Positions 42,292 to 52,705 of a stretch of DNA of 64,000 nucleotides are shown here, one piece after another (the first letter of the stretch is position 1; each line of letters begins with the position of its first letter). A program made the position numbers and the translations under genes. The notes below the pieces were generated by a model. The model was not told the DNA's origin and searched no databases. It worked only from the letters and a program-made list of their open reading frames with translations. This DNA comes from Candidatus Poribacteria bacterium (GTDB lineage Bacteria; Poribacteria; WGA-4E; PCPOR2b), in contig OZ240245.1 of assembly GCA_965198175.1 (NCBI GenBank), positions 4,544,001 through 4,608,000 of the forward strand, written 5' to 3'.

Positions 42292-43008
42292 ATGGACATG
42301 TCCATGCGTCTTGAAAAATTCCTCGCTGAATGTGGCATAGCTTCTCGACGCAACGCGAAAAAGTATATCCAAGCGGGGCGGGTAACAGTCAACGATGAGC
42401 GTATATGGGTTCCCGGTAGGCATATAGTTGCCGAGACGGATATAATTAAGTTTGATGGAAACCGTGTTGAGGGAAAATCACAGAAAATTTATCTGATGCT
42501 AAACAAACCCGTGGGGTACCTAACAACGCGCCGTGATGAGCGGGACCGTCCAACTGTCATGGAGCTTGTGCGTGACGTTCCCCAAAGCATTTATCCAGTG
42601 GGACGGTTGGATTTCGATACAACAGGTCTTCTACTCATGACCAACGACGGTACATTCGCGTATCGGCTGACTCATCCAAGCCATGAGGTGGAGAAAACCT
42701 ATATCGCACAGGTGGAGCGTCAACCAAGCCAACGAGCCATTCAGCAATTGCGCAATGGGATCAAGATTGTAGGGGGTTGCACTGCGCCCGCAATCGTAGT
42801 TCAAATTGGGCGTAAAGGAGAATTAACACAATTTAAACTCGTTATTCATGAAGGCAAGAAACGGCAAATTCGCCGTATGTTCCGGGCTGTCGGGCACAAG
42901 GTGATTGAACTGAAGCGGGTGCAGATAGGAAACCTCCAACTTGGAGATCTCGCACTTGGAGAGTATCGAATGCTAACGCTCGCTGAGATTGAGGCACTAC
43001 GGAACTAA
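42292..43008 (+). CDS. rRNA pseudouridine synthase, RsuA/RluB family with S4 domain
   Basis: RLEKFLAECGIASRR, LNKPVG, VGRLDFDTTGLLLMTNDG, EGKKRQIRRM. Confidence 0.95.
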   Translation: MDMSMRLEKFLAECGIASRRNAKKYIQAGRVTVNDERIWVPGRHIVAETDIIKFDGNRVEGKSQKIYLMLNKPVGYLTTRRDERDRPTVMELVRDVPQSIYPVGRLDFDTTGLLLMTNDGTFAYRLTHPSHEVEKTYIAQVERQPSQRAIQQLRNGIKIVGGCTAPAIVVQIGRKGELTQFKLVIHEGKKRQIRRMFRAVGHKVIELKRVQIGNLQLGDLALGEYRMLTLAEIEALRN

Positions 43009-43039
43009 AAAACGCCCGTATCGCAACAGACACGGGCGT
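43007..43039 (-). terminator. Intrinsic terminator for the minus-strand gene
   Basis: ACGCCCGT/ACGGGCGT stem with an A-run at 43007-43012 (U-tract on the minus strand). Confidence 0.7.
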
Positions 43040-43063
43040 ATAATAAGAACTCGGTTTGTTATG

Positions 43064-43969
43064 TTAGTGAGATTTACTCATTAAGGTTTTGATGCGATCC
43101 AGCAAAACGGCAGCGTTCGTCTTGATGTCTTCGTTCTTAGAATCGCTCAATTTCTCAAGAAGTTCGATTGCCTGTTGATACTTTTCTTGAAGCGCATAGG
43201 TTAAGCCCAGGTGATACTGGACCTGCTCATAAACTGCGCTTTGTGAGTATTTTTCGATGACTGTCCGAAAGTGCGTCTCTGCCTTCCGAAAAAAGTCTTC
43301 CCTGTTTTCTTCGTTAACATTTATTGCGTAATGTAATCCCAGGTTGAAGTGGATTTCCGGCAACAGCCCGGTTGTGTTCTCTGGATCCAGCTTAAAGGCT
43401 TTATCAGCAAGAGGTTTGCCCTTCTTGAAATTCCCTCGTTTGGCATAGATAATTGCGATTTCAGCATTGATCCTCGGATCATTCGGTTTTTCTCTGAGTT
43501 TAGTTTTGAGTTCCTGAAACCGTTCTTCCTTCTTGAGGGTCTCCTCCATCAGCACAGAAAATTGTTTGGCATCTCGGTAACCAACAATGACACTGATGGA
43601 ATCCCCTTCAGTGTCAACGAATGCAATAGCTGGGACAGCCCCCGTTCCATCACCGTATGTTCTGTAAGCTTTAGCGTGTTCATCGCTTGACTCCGGATTC
43701 ACCTTCAAGGAAACAAATTTCTCTGACAACTCAATAACTTTTGAATCACTAAACGTAGTGGCATCCAGCCGCTTACAGGAACCTCACCACTCTGTGTAAA
43801 AGTCCATCATAATGGGTTTGCCCGTCTTCTGGGCTTCCATCATTCCCTTTTCAATTGACTTTTCCCACTTAATTTCTGTTGTTGCGAAGGCGAGTGAATA
43901 GGCAACGGCAGTGAGCGTTAGGATAGCCAACGCTGTGTGCTGCCTCTGTTTCCAAACAAAATTAAACAT
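43064..43969 (-). CDS. Exported thioredoxin-fold + TPR selenoprotein (in-frame UGA at 43784-43786, motif W-U-G-S-C)
   Basis: ORFs 43784-43969 and 43064-43729 are in the same frame: signal peptide, KPIMMDFYTEW*GSCKRLDATTFSD...KFVSLKVN...VPAIAF, then TPR helices. Confidence 0.9.
43750..43783 (-). promoter_or_regulatory. Putative bacterial SECIS element
   Basis: After the UGA: GUAAGCGGC-UGGAU-GCCACUAC hairpin; loop starts 16 nt after the UGA and has G at position 2. Confidence 0.55.
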
Positions 43970-44290
43970 TTATTTTCTCCTTCAAAATTGGGGTTGGCGC
44001 TTATGGGGTAAAGCGTATCATTGCTCACCTCATTGAGAATAGTGTAAGCATAGTTCCAAAAATGGAGTTGGCACATGAAATCAGTACCGTCTTGGGTTAA
44101 ATTATTCTCATATTCGCCCCGAAGTGTTTTGAAAACTCGCAGGGCTAGGTTACAATCTTTTTAGGTTCAAACTCGAATAATTGCTGGAGTCAAACAGGTA
44201 TTTGGGTTGGGGTACGGACTGAATAAACCCCATCTCCTCCTTCGACATCCAATAGTCACATCGGACGTCCAAATGCGTGTGGGTAATGGG

Positions 44291-44557
44291 TCAAGCTTCA
44301 ACATCTTCTTTCTCAGTTTCCTCTCTTTCTGAATCACTTGGCATTTGCTCAGCAGCCGCTTTGGCTTGCATCTGTTCAAACACTTGAGTGCTGGTTGTCT
44401 TACTACTCAATGTTGTCCGGCATCTTCCACAAGTTGTGATAATCTTTACCAATTTGCCATGTCTTCCCACTTTTTTTTGCTTTTGTTCCGTTTCCACGTA
44501 CCGCTTACAGCGGGGACACCACAGCTGCTGTGGTCCCAACATTTGGAATCCCTCCAT
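44291..44557 (-). CDS. Small zinc-ribbon hypothetical protein
   Basis: CPRC...CGRC; starts 1 nt after the mnmE stop. Confidence 0.6.
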   Translation of the reverse strand: MEGFQMLGPQQLWCPRCKRYVETEQKQKKVGRHGKLVKIITTCGRCRTTLSSKTTSTQVFEQMQAKAAAEQMPSDSEREETEKEDVEA

Positions 44558-44558
44558 T

Positions 44559-45946
44559 TTATTTGCCGATGCAGAATTGCGAAAAAATGCGGTCCAGAAT
44601 GTCTTCGGTTGTTATTTTTCCAACAATCTCACCAAGACAGTCTAAACTGGTACGCAAATCAACCGCAATCAGGTCAAGGGGCATTGTCTGAGATAAGCTT
44701 TCACGCGCTTGTTCAAGCGCAATTCGTGCCCGGCGCAATGCCTCGTAGTGACGAAGATTTGTGACAATCAGCCCTTCTCCTATGGTTTCTCTGCCCTTGA
44801 GAATTTCCTTGAGAATCGCCGTTTTCAAATCCTCAATACCCTCTCCATGTAGAACGGAAGTTTGAACAATAGATTTCTGGGGAGCATAAGTCCGCAGATC
44901 TGCGGGGGTGGTTACTAGAGGTAAATCCACCTTGTTTAATACGAAAATTGCTATACGACAGTTGACAGCATCTAATAATTGTCCATCCGCTTCCGTTAAA
45001 GGTTGGGAAGCATCAAACATCACTAGAAGCAAATCGGCGCCATCTATATAGGATTTGCTACGCGCTACGCCTTGCTGCTCAACAACATCGGCAGTTTGAC
45101 GTATACCTGCGGTATCAATCAACCTGAGCGGAATGCCACGCAGATTCAGTGGCTCTTCGATGGTATCTCGAGTCGTGCCGGGAATTTCCGTGACAATTGC
45201 CCGTTCCTCCTGCAACAGAGTGTTAAGTAAGCTCGATTTCCCAACATTTGGCTTGCCGAGAATCGCGATACGGATGCCTTCTCGCAGAATTTTTCCATCC
45301 GACGCTGTCGTCATCAGGCGAGCCAACCCTTTGAGGATAGCTTCAGCGGTTTTCCTCATCGTCGTGGAATCAATGAAATCAAGGTCTTCATCAGGAAAAT
45401 CAATTGACGCTTCAACCTCTGCAAGCAAGTTTGCAAGCCGGTCGCTAAGCGCGTTGACTTCTTGAGATAGCTTACCGCTCAGCTGATCCATCGCAACCCG
45501 AAAATTGAGCTCTGTTTGGGATCGAATTAAATCGACAACCGCTTCTGCCTGGGCAAGATCCAACCTGTCATTGAGAAAGGCTCGTTTGGTGAACTCACCT
45601 GGCTCTGCAAGGCGCGCTCCTGCTTGTAGTGTCAATTCGAACACACGTTGTAAAGGGATGACGCCTCCGTGACAGTTAAACTCAACGATATCCTCAGCCG
45701 TATAAGATTTGGGCGCTAACATAATACCTAGCATCACTTCATCGATCACAACATTTGAATCAGGATGGACAACATGTCCATAGTTGAGCGTGTGGGTTGG
45801 AAATTCAGCCGGGGAGATACGACGCGGTGACCGGAAAATCTTACAAGCGATAGGGACAGCGAGGGAGCCACTAACCCTGACAATCCCGAGGCCACCTTCG
45901 CCTCGCGGCGTTGCGATTGCTACGATTGTATCAGAGATGGAATCAT
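44559..45946 (-). CDS. mnmE: tRNA modification GTPase MnmE (start ambiguous, see findings)
   Basis: DTIVAIATP, GEFTKRAFLN, GKPNVGKSS, PGTTRD, DTAG, C-terminal IFSQFCIGK. Confidence 0.95.
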
Positions 45947-45954
45947 ACCCCTTG

Positions 45955-46587
45955 TTATGTATCGTAGTTGTCGCGTGGGGCAACGACGACGCAGCGCAAC
46001 GCGCCCTCTCCACGGCTATAGGTCCGTACGCAATTGTCCGACTGTAAGGTAGCGTGAACAATCTGGCGATCCCGAGGTGTCATCGGATTGAGGACAATCT
46101 CTAGGTTTGTCTGCTTCACTTTGACAGCAGTCCGATAAGCCAAATCAACGAGCATAGTTTCACGACGTTCTCGGTACCCTTCTGCATCTACGAAAACTCT
46201 CTTCTTAACGAGAGATGACTTATTCAAGATACAGTTGACCAAGTATTCGATTGCATTGAGCGTCTGTCCATGTCTACCAATCAGCAAGCCAGGGGTATCA
46301 GCACTTACAATGAGATGAATGCTACCATCAATATTCCGGATTTCAATCTCTGCTTCGACTCCGGTACGGGATAAAATTTCATGGAGCACAATTTCCGGTG
46401 TTGAGGAAACATCTTCTTTTACGGTGGCACGGACTTTGGCTAATTTCGTGCCTAATCCTAGAATTCCCTTCGTAGCTTCATGAATTACTTTCACACTGAC
46501 TTGTTCACGGCTAACGTCGAGCTCTTCAAGTGCGTGCGCCAAAGCTTCTTCTGTGGTTCTGCCTTCCGTTTCAATATATTGTTGCAC
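45955..46587 (-). CDS. jag: Jag/KhpB (SpoIIIJ-associated) RNA-binding protein
   Basis: Jag_N (EGRTTEEAL, KGILGLG), KH (LLIGRHGQTLNAI) and R3H-like (DRQIVH) regions. Confidence 0.93.
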   Translation of the reverse strand: MQQYIETEGRTTEEALAHALEELDVSREQVSVKVIHEATKGILGLGTKLAKVRATVKEDVSSTPEIVLHEILSRTGVEAEIEIRNIDGSIHLIVSADTPGLLIGRHGQTLNAIEYLVNCILNKSSLVKKRVFVDAEGYRERRETMLVDLAYRTAVKVKQTNLEIVLNPMTPRDRQIVHATLQSDNCVRTYSRGEGALRCVVVAPRDNYDT

Positions 46588-46643
46588 GGTCCGTCGTCTT
46601 CCCGAAACTCCAGTAGGAGATTCAATAATTATGAAAGATTGAA

Positions 46644-48446
46644 TCAGGATCTTCGCTTTTGGAGTTGAGATTTCCTTTTTGTTAGTTGAGATTGCTTTCC
46701 TGATGGTAGGGTTCTAACGGATTCGGTTTCATCTGATTCCCGGAGCCGAGTGAAATAGTGCCGTCCAATTTCGAAAATATTACTACATGTCCAATATAAA
46801 ATTAATCCCGATGCCCAATTATAAAGAACAAATACAAAGATAAACGGTACAAACTGCATAATCTTTGCCTGAGTATTATCTGCGATAGGCGTCACCCCCG
46901 CATTCATTTTTTGTTGCAACAAGGTTGTCACACCGTAGATAATGGGTAGAAACCGAATTGCATCAATCTGGGTCAAAATCAGAGGAATCGTAAAGGGTAA
47001 CAAGAATAAGGTATCAGGTGCGGACAAATCATCCATCCATAAGCAGAAAGAGGCGCCTCGAAGCTCAACGGCATTTCCAAAAACTGTGAATAACGCGAAG
47101 AGGATCGGCAACTGCGGTATCATAGGAATGCAGCCTCCTAGTGGGTTGACACCGTGTTCCTTGTATAATCGCATTGTGGCACGATTCAGCTTTTGTGGAT
47201 CATCTCTATACTTCTCCTTTAATTCTGCGAGTAAGGGCTGGAGTTCCTGCATCTCTTTCATCGACTTGTAGCTCTTCCGAATCAGCGGGTAGGCGGCTAA
47301 TTTCGTTAATAAGGTCAAAAGAATAATTGAAACTCCATAATTCCCAATGATACGATGGAATCCGTGGAGCAACCAGAGCATCGCCCAGGCGACTGGCCAC
47401 AAAAAGCCAAAATCGATAATTTTGCTCATTCTGAGCGGGACATCAGGCGCGTCACGATGTGTAATCTTTTTCAAGATGGCATCTTCCTTGGGGCCAACAT
47501 AGATGCGAAAAACATCGGTACGGCGTTTACCGGCGGAAAAGCCGGAAATGATGAGACGTGCTGCGTCTGTCGAAGCAGCAATATCAGCCGATGGATTTTC
47601 CCCATTATCGTCGAGTTTTTTACGTTGATATTGGACATTGAGCGATGGATCTGGAATCATAAGCGCGGCAAAATACTTGCTATTCAGACCCGCCCATAAG
47701 ACGGGAGCTGTAATCTCTGACTCGCTAAGATCTTGGCTTGGCTTGCCGCGCCCTATATAAGCTACTGCCCCCTCATTTCTAGAAGGTCGCCTCCCTTTGC
47801 CACTGTGCTTACGCTCATGGCGTAGAAGATCTGCATTAATCCCGGGTCCCCAATACAGTTCATATCCCTTCAACGGTTGATCTGATATGTTTTCGAAAGT
47901 CAGTTCTACGTCCACATAATAGCGATCTTGATAAAACGTAAATTCTTTGGATACCTTGAGTTTCTCTCCAATTTGAGTTTTGAAGGTCAGCGTGTCTTGA
48001 GACCGATCGGTGAGAATCACCTGTTTTTTATCCGCCTTCCAGACAGCCGACACTGCGTCATTCCGCAATTCTTCTGGAAAATCAACAAGAAGGCAACTGT
48101 AGGCCCTTTCTGGAATCAAGTTGATCGATTCATTGCTGCCGGATCGATCCGGATATTTTCTGAGTCTCCATTCTTGGACAATCGCATCCTCGACGACAAA
48201 GGCAATTTCATAGTTGTCGGTTTGAACATGAACTCTTGGGCTTTCTTGAGCCCTACTGAAATAAAGCGATGACTCATTCCTTTGTGTTGGAGTAGACGTC
48301 TCAAGCGTAGATTCAGCCGAGGATATCGGCGTCTCCTTCTTTTCTCCTTCGGGGGTTTGCTCTGGCGGTCGTGGACGAAAGAAGATGGTCCAGCCAACCA
48401 TTACAATAATCATGAGCGCAATCGCTAGGATATAGCGCTTCTCCAT
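46644..48446 (-). CDS. yidC: Membrane protein insertase YidC
   Basis: IYVGPK, IDFG, GNYGVSIILLT, GVNPLGGC, WMDDLSAPD. Confidence 0.97.
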   Translation of the reverse strand: MEKRYILAIALMIIVMVGWTIFFRPRPPEQTPEGEKKETPISSAESTLETSTPTQRNESSLYFSRAQESPRVHVQTDNYEIAFVVEDAIVQEWRLRKYPDRSGSNESINLIPERAYSCLLVDFPEELRNDAVSAVWKADKKQVILTDRSQDTLTFKTQIGEKLKVSKEFTFYQDRYYVDVELTFENISDQPLKGYELYWGPGINADLLRHERKHSGKGRRPSRNEGAVAYIGRGKPSQDLSESEITAPVLWAGLNSKYFAALMIPDPSLNVQYQRKKLDDNGENPSADIAASTDAARLIISGFSAGKRRTDVFRIYVGPKEDAILKKITHRDAPDVPLRMSKIIDFGFLWPVAWAMLWLLHGFHRIIGNYGVSIILLTLLTKLAAYPLIRKSYKSMKEMQELQPLLAELKEKYRDDPQKLNRATMRLYKEHGVNPLGGCIPMIPQLPILFALFTVFGNAVELRGASFCLWMDDLSAPDTLFLLPFTIPLILTQIDAIRFLPIIYGVTTLLQQKMNAGVTPIADNTQAKIMQFVPFIFVFVLYNWASGLILYWTCSNIFEIGRHYFTRLRESDETESVRTLPSGKQSQLTKRKSQLQKRRS

Positions 48447-48674
48447 TAAAAAATCTCCTCATGGATGAAGGATTATAACTCTAGAAAGTTATATTCACAT
48501 ATGCACGCGGTGAGTATTCATGTGCATTCTATAGATGCTAGGTGCTAGCGCCACAAGTCGGCAGAGTAACAGATGGAAGCTGGAGGTTAGGATTTACGCG
48601 CTCCGGTTAACTTACTACAGATTCCCGACATTTTTATGCTTGACCCCATTCAGCCACATGAATCACTTAGAATC

Positions 48675-48884
48675 TTATTTGAGAGGATCATAGCCACCGG
48701 GGTGATAGGGTTGGCACTTTGACAACCGTTTGAGAGTTAGCCAGCACGCTTTCAAAAGATTATACTTCATAATGGCTTCTATAGTGTACTGGGAGCACGT
48801 CGGGTAAAAACGGCAAGTTGGCGGAAAGAGCGGGGAAATAAAATTGCGATAGAAGCGTATAAGATAAATCAGAAAAATCTTCAT
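48675..48884 (-). CDS. yidD: Membrane protein insertion efficiency factor YidD
   Basis: [10 protein letters not shown]...[12 protein letters not shown]. Confidence 0.96.
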   Translation of the reverse strand: MKIFLIYLIRFYRNFISPLFPPTCRFYPTCSQYTIEAIMKYNLLKACWLTLKRLSKCQPYHPGGYDPLK

Positions 48885-48897
48885 GGAACTGATATAG

Positions 48898-49245
48898 TCA
48901 CGTTTTGAGAATTTTGGCTTGCTGTAGGAGTTGTAAGAGAGAAGATTTGGCTTGCTGGCACTTCATATCAAGCGCTGCGGTTCGTCCAACAACGACAATA
49001 TCGTAATTCGGATAAATTCGGTGCCTTGATAATCTAAATGATTCCCGGATCAACCTTTTTACTCGATTCCGTTTGACGCTATTCCCTAACTTTTTACTGG
49101 TAGTGATTCCAAGACGTACCACGTTGAGAGAATTATGAGACACATACACAACAAAACAGCGATTCCAATACTTCTTCCCTCTCTTATACCCTCGCTGAAA
49201 CTCCCATCTTCGTGTTAATCGCTCTGGATGAACTTTATGCTCCAT
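48898..49245 (-). CDS. rnpA: Ribonuclease P protein component
   Basis: [34 protein letters not shown]; start refined to MEHKV. Confidence 0.95.
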   Translation of the reverse strand: MEHKVHPERLTRRWEFQRGYKRGKKYWNRCFVVYVSHNSLNVVRLGITTSKKLGNSVKRNRVKRLIRESFRLSRHRIYPNYDIVVVGRTAALDMKCQQAKSSLLQLLQQAKILKT

Positions 49246-49246
49246 G

Positions 49247-49918
49247 TCAGAATCTTTTGAGTTTAACCTGAGTCTCCCACTCCGCCTTGTCAATTTGCTC
49301 ACGAAGATAAGCAACATAATCTGTAACTTGAGTTTCCACTATCATATGCGGTGTGCCATCTTCTCTTTCAACAATTCCCTTTATGACATCAACTGTATTC
49401 CCTTGCGACTGAACTCCATGCACGATGGCACAAATCATCAGGAATTCTTTTTTGATTGCTTGATCTGATAATGCACTGGGAATGAAGTGAATTTGAACGA
49501 TATTATGCTCGCCCTTAAGGCGACCATCATTCAAACGCCAGTGAACTGCTTGAATTTTCTGCTCTTGAAACATTTGGCGCAGTACTTCTTGCTGAAGTGA
49601 AATAGGCACCTTGGGCTTGAGCACATCGATAGAAGGCTCGCCAGCAGGTTGGACCTCAGCCATTTTATAGGGCACAAAGCCAAGCCACCCCGAAGCAGGC
49701 TCTCCAACTTCAAATGCAATAATCAACGGTTCCGCATTTTCTGGATGGGTAATTGATGCACTAGGTGCTCGCCCGGTTTCTCGTCGATTATACTTTCCCC
49801 ACTCTTCCATCAATGAGAATTGAAAATAATAATCTTCGGGCGCTTGAATCGCACAAGCGAACCCTACAAGCGGGAAACTCAATATGAAAAAGTACGTTAT
49901 GTTGAATGAATAACGCAT
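49247..49918 (-). CDS. Hypothetical exported protein / putative lipoprotein
   Basis: Signal-like MRYSFNITYFFILSFPLVGFAC; packed tightly between the HNH gene and rnpA. Confidence 0.6.
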   Translation of the reverse strand: MRYSFNITYFFILSFPLVGFACAIQAPEDYYFQFSLMEEWGKYNRRETGRAPSASITHPENAEPLIIAFEVGEPASGWLGFVPYKMAEVQPAGEPSIDVLKPKVPISLQQEVLRQMFQEQKIQAVHWRLNDGRLKGEHNIVQIHFIPSALSDQAIKKEFLMICAIVHGVQSQGNTVDVIKGIVEREDGTPHMIVETQVTDYVAYLREQIDKAEWETQVKLKRF

Positions 49919-49922
49919 AGAT

Positions 49923-50429
49923 TCAAATATACAAATACTTCTTCCAGGATTCGTCATAACGCAAATGACGGCTGAGGTGCAAGTAAGAGATAATCGAGGG
50001 AACTTTAGGGGAACGCTTGGGAAACATGTGAGCTTCGCGAGGTGTGTAATTTCCTTTTTTGATGTTACACTTTTTGCATGCTGTCGCAACGTTTTCCCAC
50101 ACTGTTGCACCACCGCGAGATCTAGGGATAACATGGTCAAGTGTTAGCATTGATGGAGGAAATTTCTCATGGCAGTATTGACATACATATGCATCTCGGA
50201 CAAAGACGTTTCTACGTGAGAATTTTACAACACAGCGGGGGATGTGAACATAATTCACTAGACGGATTACCAAAGGAATTTTCATTGAGATACTTGGTGA
50301 ACGGATTTCCCGATCCGAGACTTCTTCCATGCACGCTACCCCTTTGATAATCATCTTCATCGCGCGTTTTAAATTACAAATATTAATTGCCTCGTAGCTT
50401 GCGTTCAACACGAGTACCGGTGTTTTCAT
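49923..50429 (-). CDS. HNH endonuclease (McrA-like)
   Basis: VLVLNASYE, RDAYVCQYC, TLDHVIPRSRGG, NVATACKKCNIKKG. Confidence 0.93.
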   Translation of the reverse strand: MKTPVLVLNASYEAINICNLKRAMKMIIKGVACMEEVSDREIRSPSISMKIPLVIRLVNYVHIPRCVVKFSRRNVFVRDAYVCQYCHEKFPPSMLTLDHVIPRSRGGATVWENVATACKKCNIKKGNYTPREAHMFPKRSPKVPSIISYLHLSRHLRYDESWKKYLYI

Positions 50430-50850
50430 AAGCCAATCCTCTTACAAAAACTGAAACCCCTCAACCGACCTTATATTTTTGTTATTGTAACACACTTGTA
50501 TCTTAGCCTGCAAGCAAAATATCAGCCCTTCGTTCCTTAACTGGCTTGATCTCAACGACATTTATAAGTGTGAGTAGAGTCTTTTCCGGCTGTTGGCGTT
50601 GTGTGACGAATTCCTTTGACACATGAGATTTTTGATGATAAATTCCCATTGAACGAAGTAGGAATTGGACAATAGATAAACAATTCACGAACAATTTGCG
50701 TTGTAGCCCTGGAAACCGAAACCTTGAAGGCTTTACGACGGTAGATTGGGCTTTAGGTAGTTGGTAAACCGCCAATACTTACTCCTCTAGCTCTCCATCT
50801 CTTTTTGACGCTATCTTTCATGTATCCATTTTCGTCCAGGGAATCTAATT

Positions 50851-51909
50851 ATGTATAACCAAACCCTATCCAAACAGCGGACACATAACTCATTCGTAAT
50901 ATCTCTATTTTTGCACCTCATTGCGGTTCTCGTGGTGGATATAAATTTTCCAAAATGGTATCAATCTGCCCCACCGATTCCGGATCCAATTGTTGCTAAA
51001 CCAATTGAGGTTGAAATCCTTCAACCTTCTTATTTACCGCGTCTCAAAAACCGCATCTCCACTACCAACACTCAATCCTCAAATTTAGCAATGCACGTTC
51101 CTTCTGTTTCTCAAATGCAGTCTCGGGTTAGAGGAGAACAACCATTTCTGATGGGGTCAAAACCAATCAATACCAAGGTGCAATTGCCAAAATCGGATAC
51201 TTTACTCACCAATCAGCCCCAAAACGAATCCTATCTACGGGAGCTGATTGGCGAGCCTGTCAAGGTTTCGTCACGACTGTCAGCGTCTCACAACTTGGAG
51301 ATTGAACCGCGTTTGACCCAAAAGAAAGTTGTTCATTCGGAAACCGGCGGTGAGCCCCAAACCGTTAAACACATTAACCGCGATGCTCAGATTGGAAGTG
51401 CGCTGCAGACGATTGCCGGACATATTGCTAGCGGAACAAGTTCATCAACATCGGATATCGTCTTTTTGTTGGATACGAGTGGCAGCATGGAAGAGAACAT
51501 CCCAGCCGTAAGAAATCATCTAATCAGCATGGTTAAGATTTTTCGGGAAAAACACATTGATTTCACCATAGGAATTGTCAAGTTCAAATATAATTCCCTG
51601 ATATTTCCCCAGACGCGGGATTATCAGAAATATGAACGCTTACTCGAAAATGTCAAGTGTGGCGGCGATGAGCGAGCTTACAATGCCATTGTCAAATCGA
51701 TTACGCGAGTAAAGTTCCGTACAGAAGCTGAACGACGATTCATTCTTATTACCGATGAGCCGTGTAAGGGGTCTTATACAATCTCGGATGTTTTGAAACG
51801 CTGCCGAGAGGCGCAGATTAAGCTGGACGTAATCGGCGTTAATGATACGTGGCAAAAGTACTTGGTAAATCAGACAGGAGGGTTGTGGTTCCCAATACCA
51901 GGGGGATAG
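50851..51909 (+). CDS. Membrane-anchored vWA domain protein
   Basis: TonB-like anchor SLFLH, low-complexity linker, MIDAS DTSGS, ILITDE. Confidence 0.85.
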   Translation: MYNQTLSKQRTHNSFVISLFLHLIAVLVVDINFPKWYQSAPPIPDPIVAKPIEVEILQPSYLPRLKNRISTTNTQSSNLAMHVPSVSQMQSRVRGEQPFLMGSKPINTKVQLPKSDTLLTNQPQNESYLRELIGEPVKVSSRLSASHNLEIEPRLTQKKVVHSETGGEPQTVKHINRDAQIGSALQTIAGHIASGTSSSTSDIVFLLDTSGSMEENIPAVRNHLISMVKIFREKHIDFTIGIVKFKYNSLIFPQTRDYQKYERLLENVKCGGDERAYNAIVKSITRVKFRTEAERRFILITDEPCKGSYTISDVLKRCREAQIKLDVIGVNDTWQKYLVNQTGGLWFPIPGG

Positions 51910-51982
51910 AAGAAGACCTTTTCTGGGCTAGGAATGGTTGATATTGTTGCTATAGTTGAGGTGGGCCGTGCATCTGATTTCG

Positions 51983-52675
51983 TCATTGCGGGAGAAATCT
52001 GTCCAGGTCTTGGACTTCTGCCAGTTGCACATCGACAATTGATGGGTCAGGACAAGCCTTCTCTTCCTCGCCCACCAACCACGCGGTCCACATTCCCACT
52101 CCCTTAGCACCACAGACATCGTGCGAATACGTATCCCCAACATAGATTGTTTCATCGGGCGAAACATCTAACGCTGACAACGCGGTGTGGAAAATTTCCG
52201 GGTCTGGTTTCCAAACGCCAACAACAGTTGAATCGATCACAACATCAAGCAGTGAGGAAAGACCACATTCATCACACCAACCTTGTGTATTTCCGAAGTT
52301 ATTACTGATAACGCCAAGCTGGTATCTGCTTTGAAGCGTTGTGAGCCAGCGGCGGTTTCGATCGAGACATTCCGCCACACCTTCACAGAAGTGGTCGATA
52401 TATCGATTTTTCTCCGCCAGATCCAAACCGAGTCGTTCATAAATTCCTGTGGCAATCTCATCTGCAGATTGACGGAGATTGAGCTTTGGTGCTTTCCCAC
52501 CAACGATGAATTGTCCAACGGAGGCGTAATCGGCGCGTTCAAACGCCTTACGATCGATATCGGGATGCTTACACCGGATGAATCGATAGGTTCGCTCACG
52601 CCAATGGATTCCATTTCCGTCTAGCGTGCCCCCAAAATCAAATAGCAAGGCGCGAAATTTTGACATTGATTTCAA
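51983..52675 (-). CDS. HAD-superfamily subfamily IA hydrolase
   Basis: FDFGGTL, VISN, KPDPEIF, YVGD...DVCGA. Confidence 0.9.
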   Translation of the reverse strand: MKSMSKFRALLFDFGGTLDGNGIHWRERTYRFIRCKHPDIDRKAFERADYASVGQFIVGGKAPKLNLRQSADEIATGIYERLGLDLAEKNRYIDHFCEGVAECLDRNRRWLTTLQSRYQLGVISNNFGNTQGWCDECGLSSLLDVVIDSTVVGVWKPDPEIFHTALSALDVSPDETIYVGDTYSHDVCGAKGVGMWTAWLVGEEEKACPDPSIVDVQLAEVQDLDRFLPQ

Positions 52676-52705
52676 TTTCGTGAAATGTCACCAATTCTGA
52701 TTCGT

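Noticed and set aside
33759..43786. Reassigned genetic code (UGA=Trp/Gly) as the explanation for the in-frame TGAs
   Set aside because: rpoB, rpoC, pdxJ and others terminate at TGA, and both internal TGAs align to Cys positions
49919..50140. N-terminal extension of the 297-aa ORF
   Set aside because: It overlaps the HNH gene in another frame; a signal-peptide start at 49918 fits better
50503..50775. 90-aa ORF between the HNH and vWA genes
   Set aside because: No recognisable motif; it lies in a divergent promoter region
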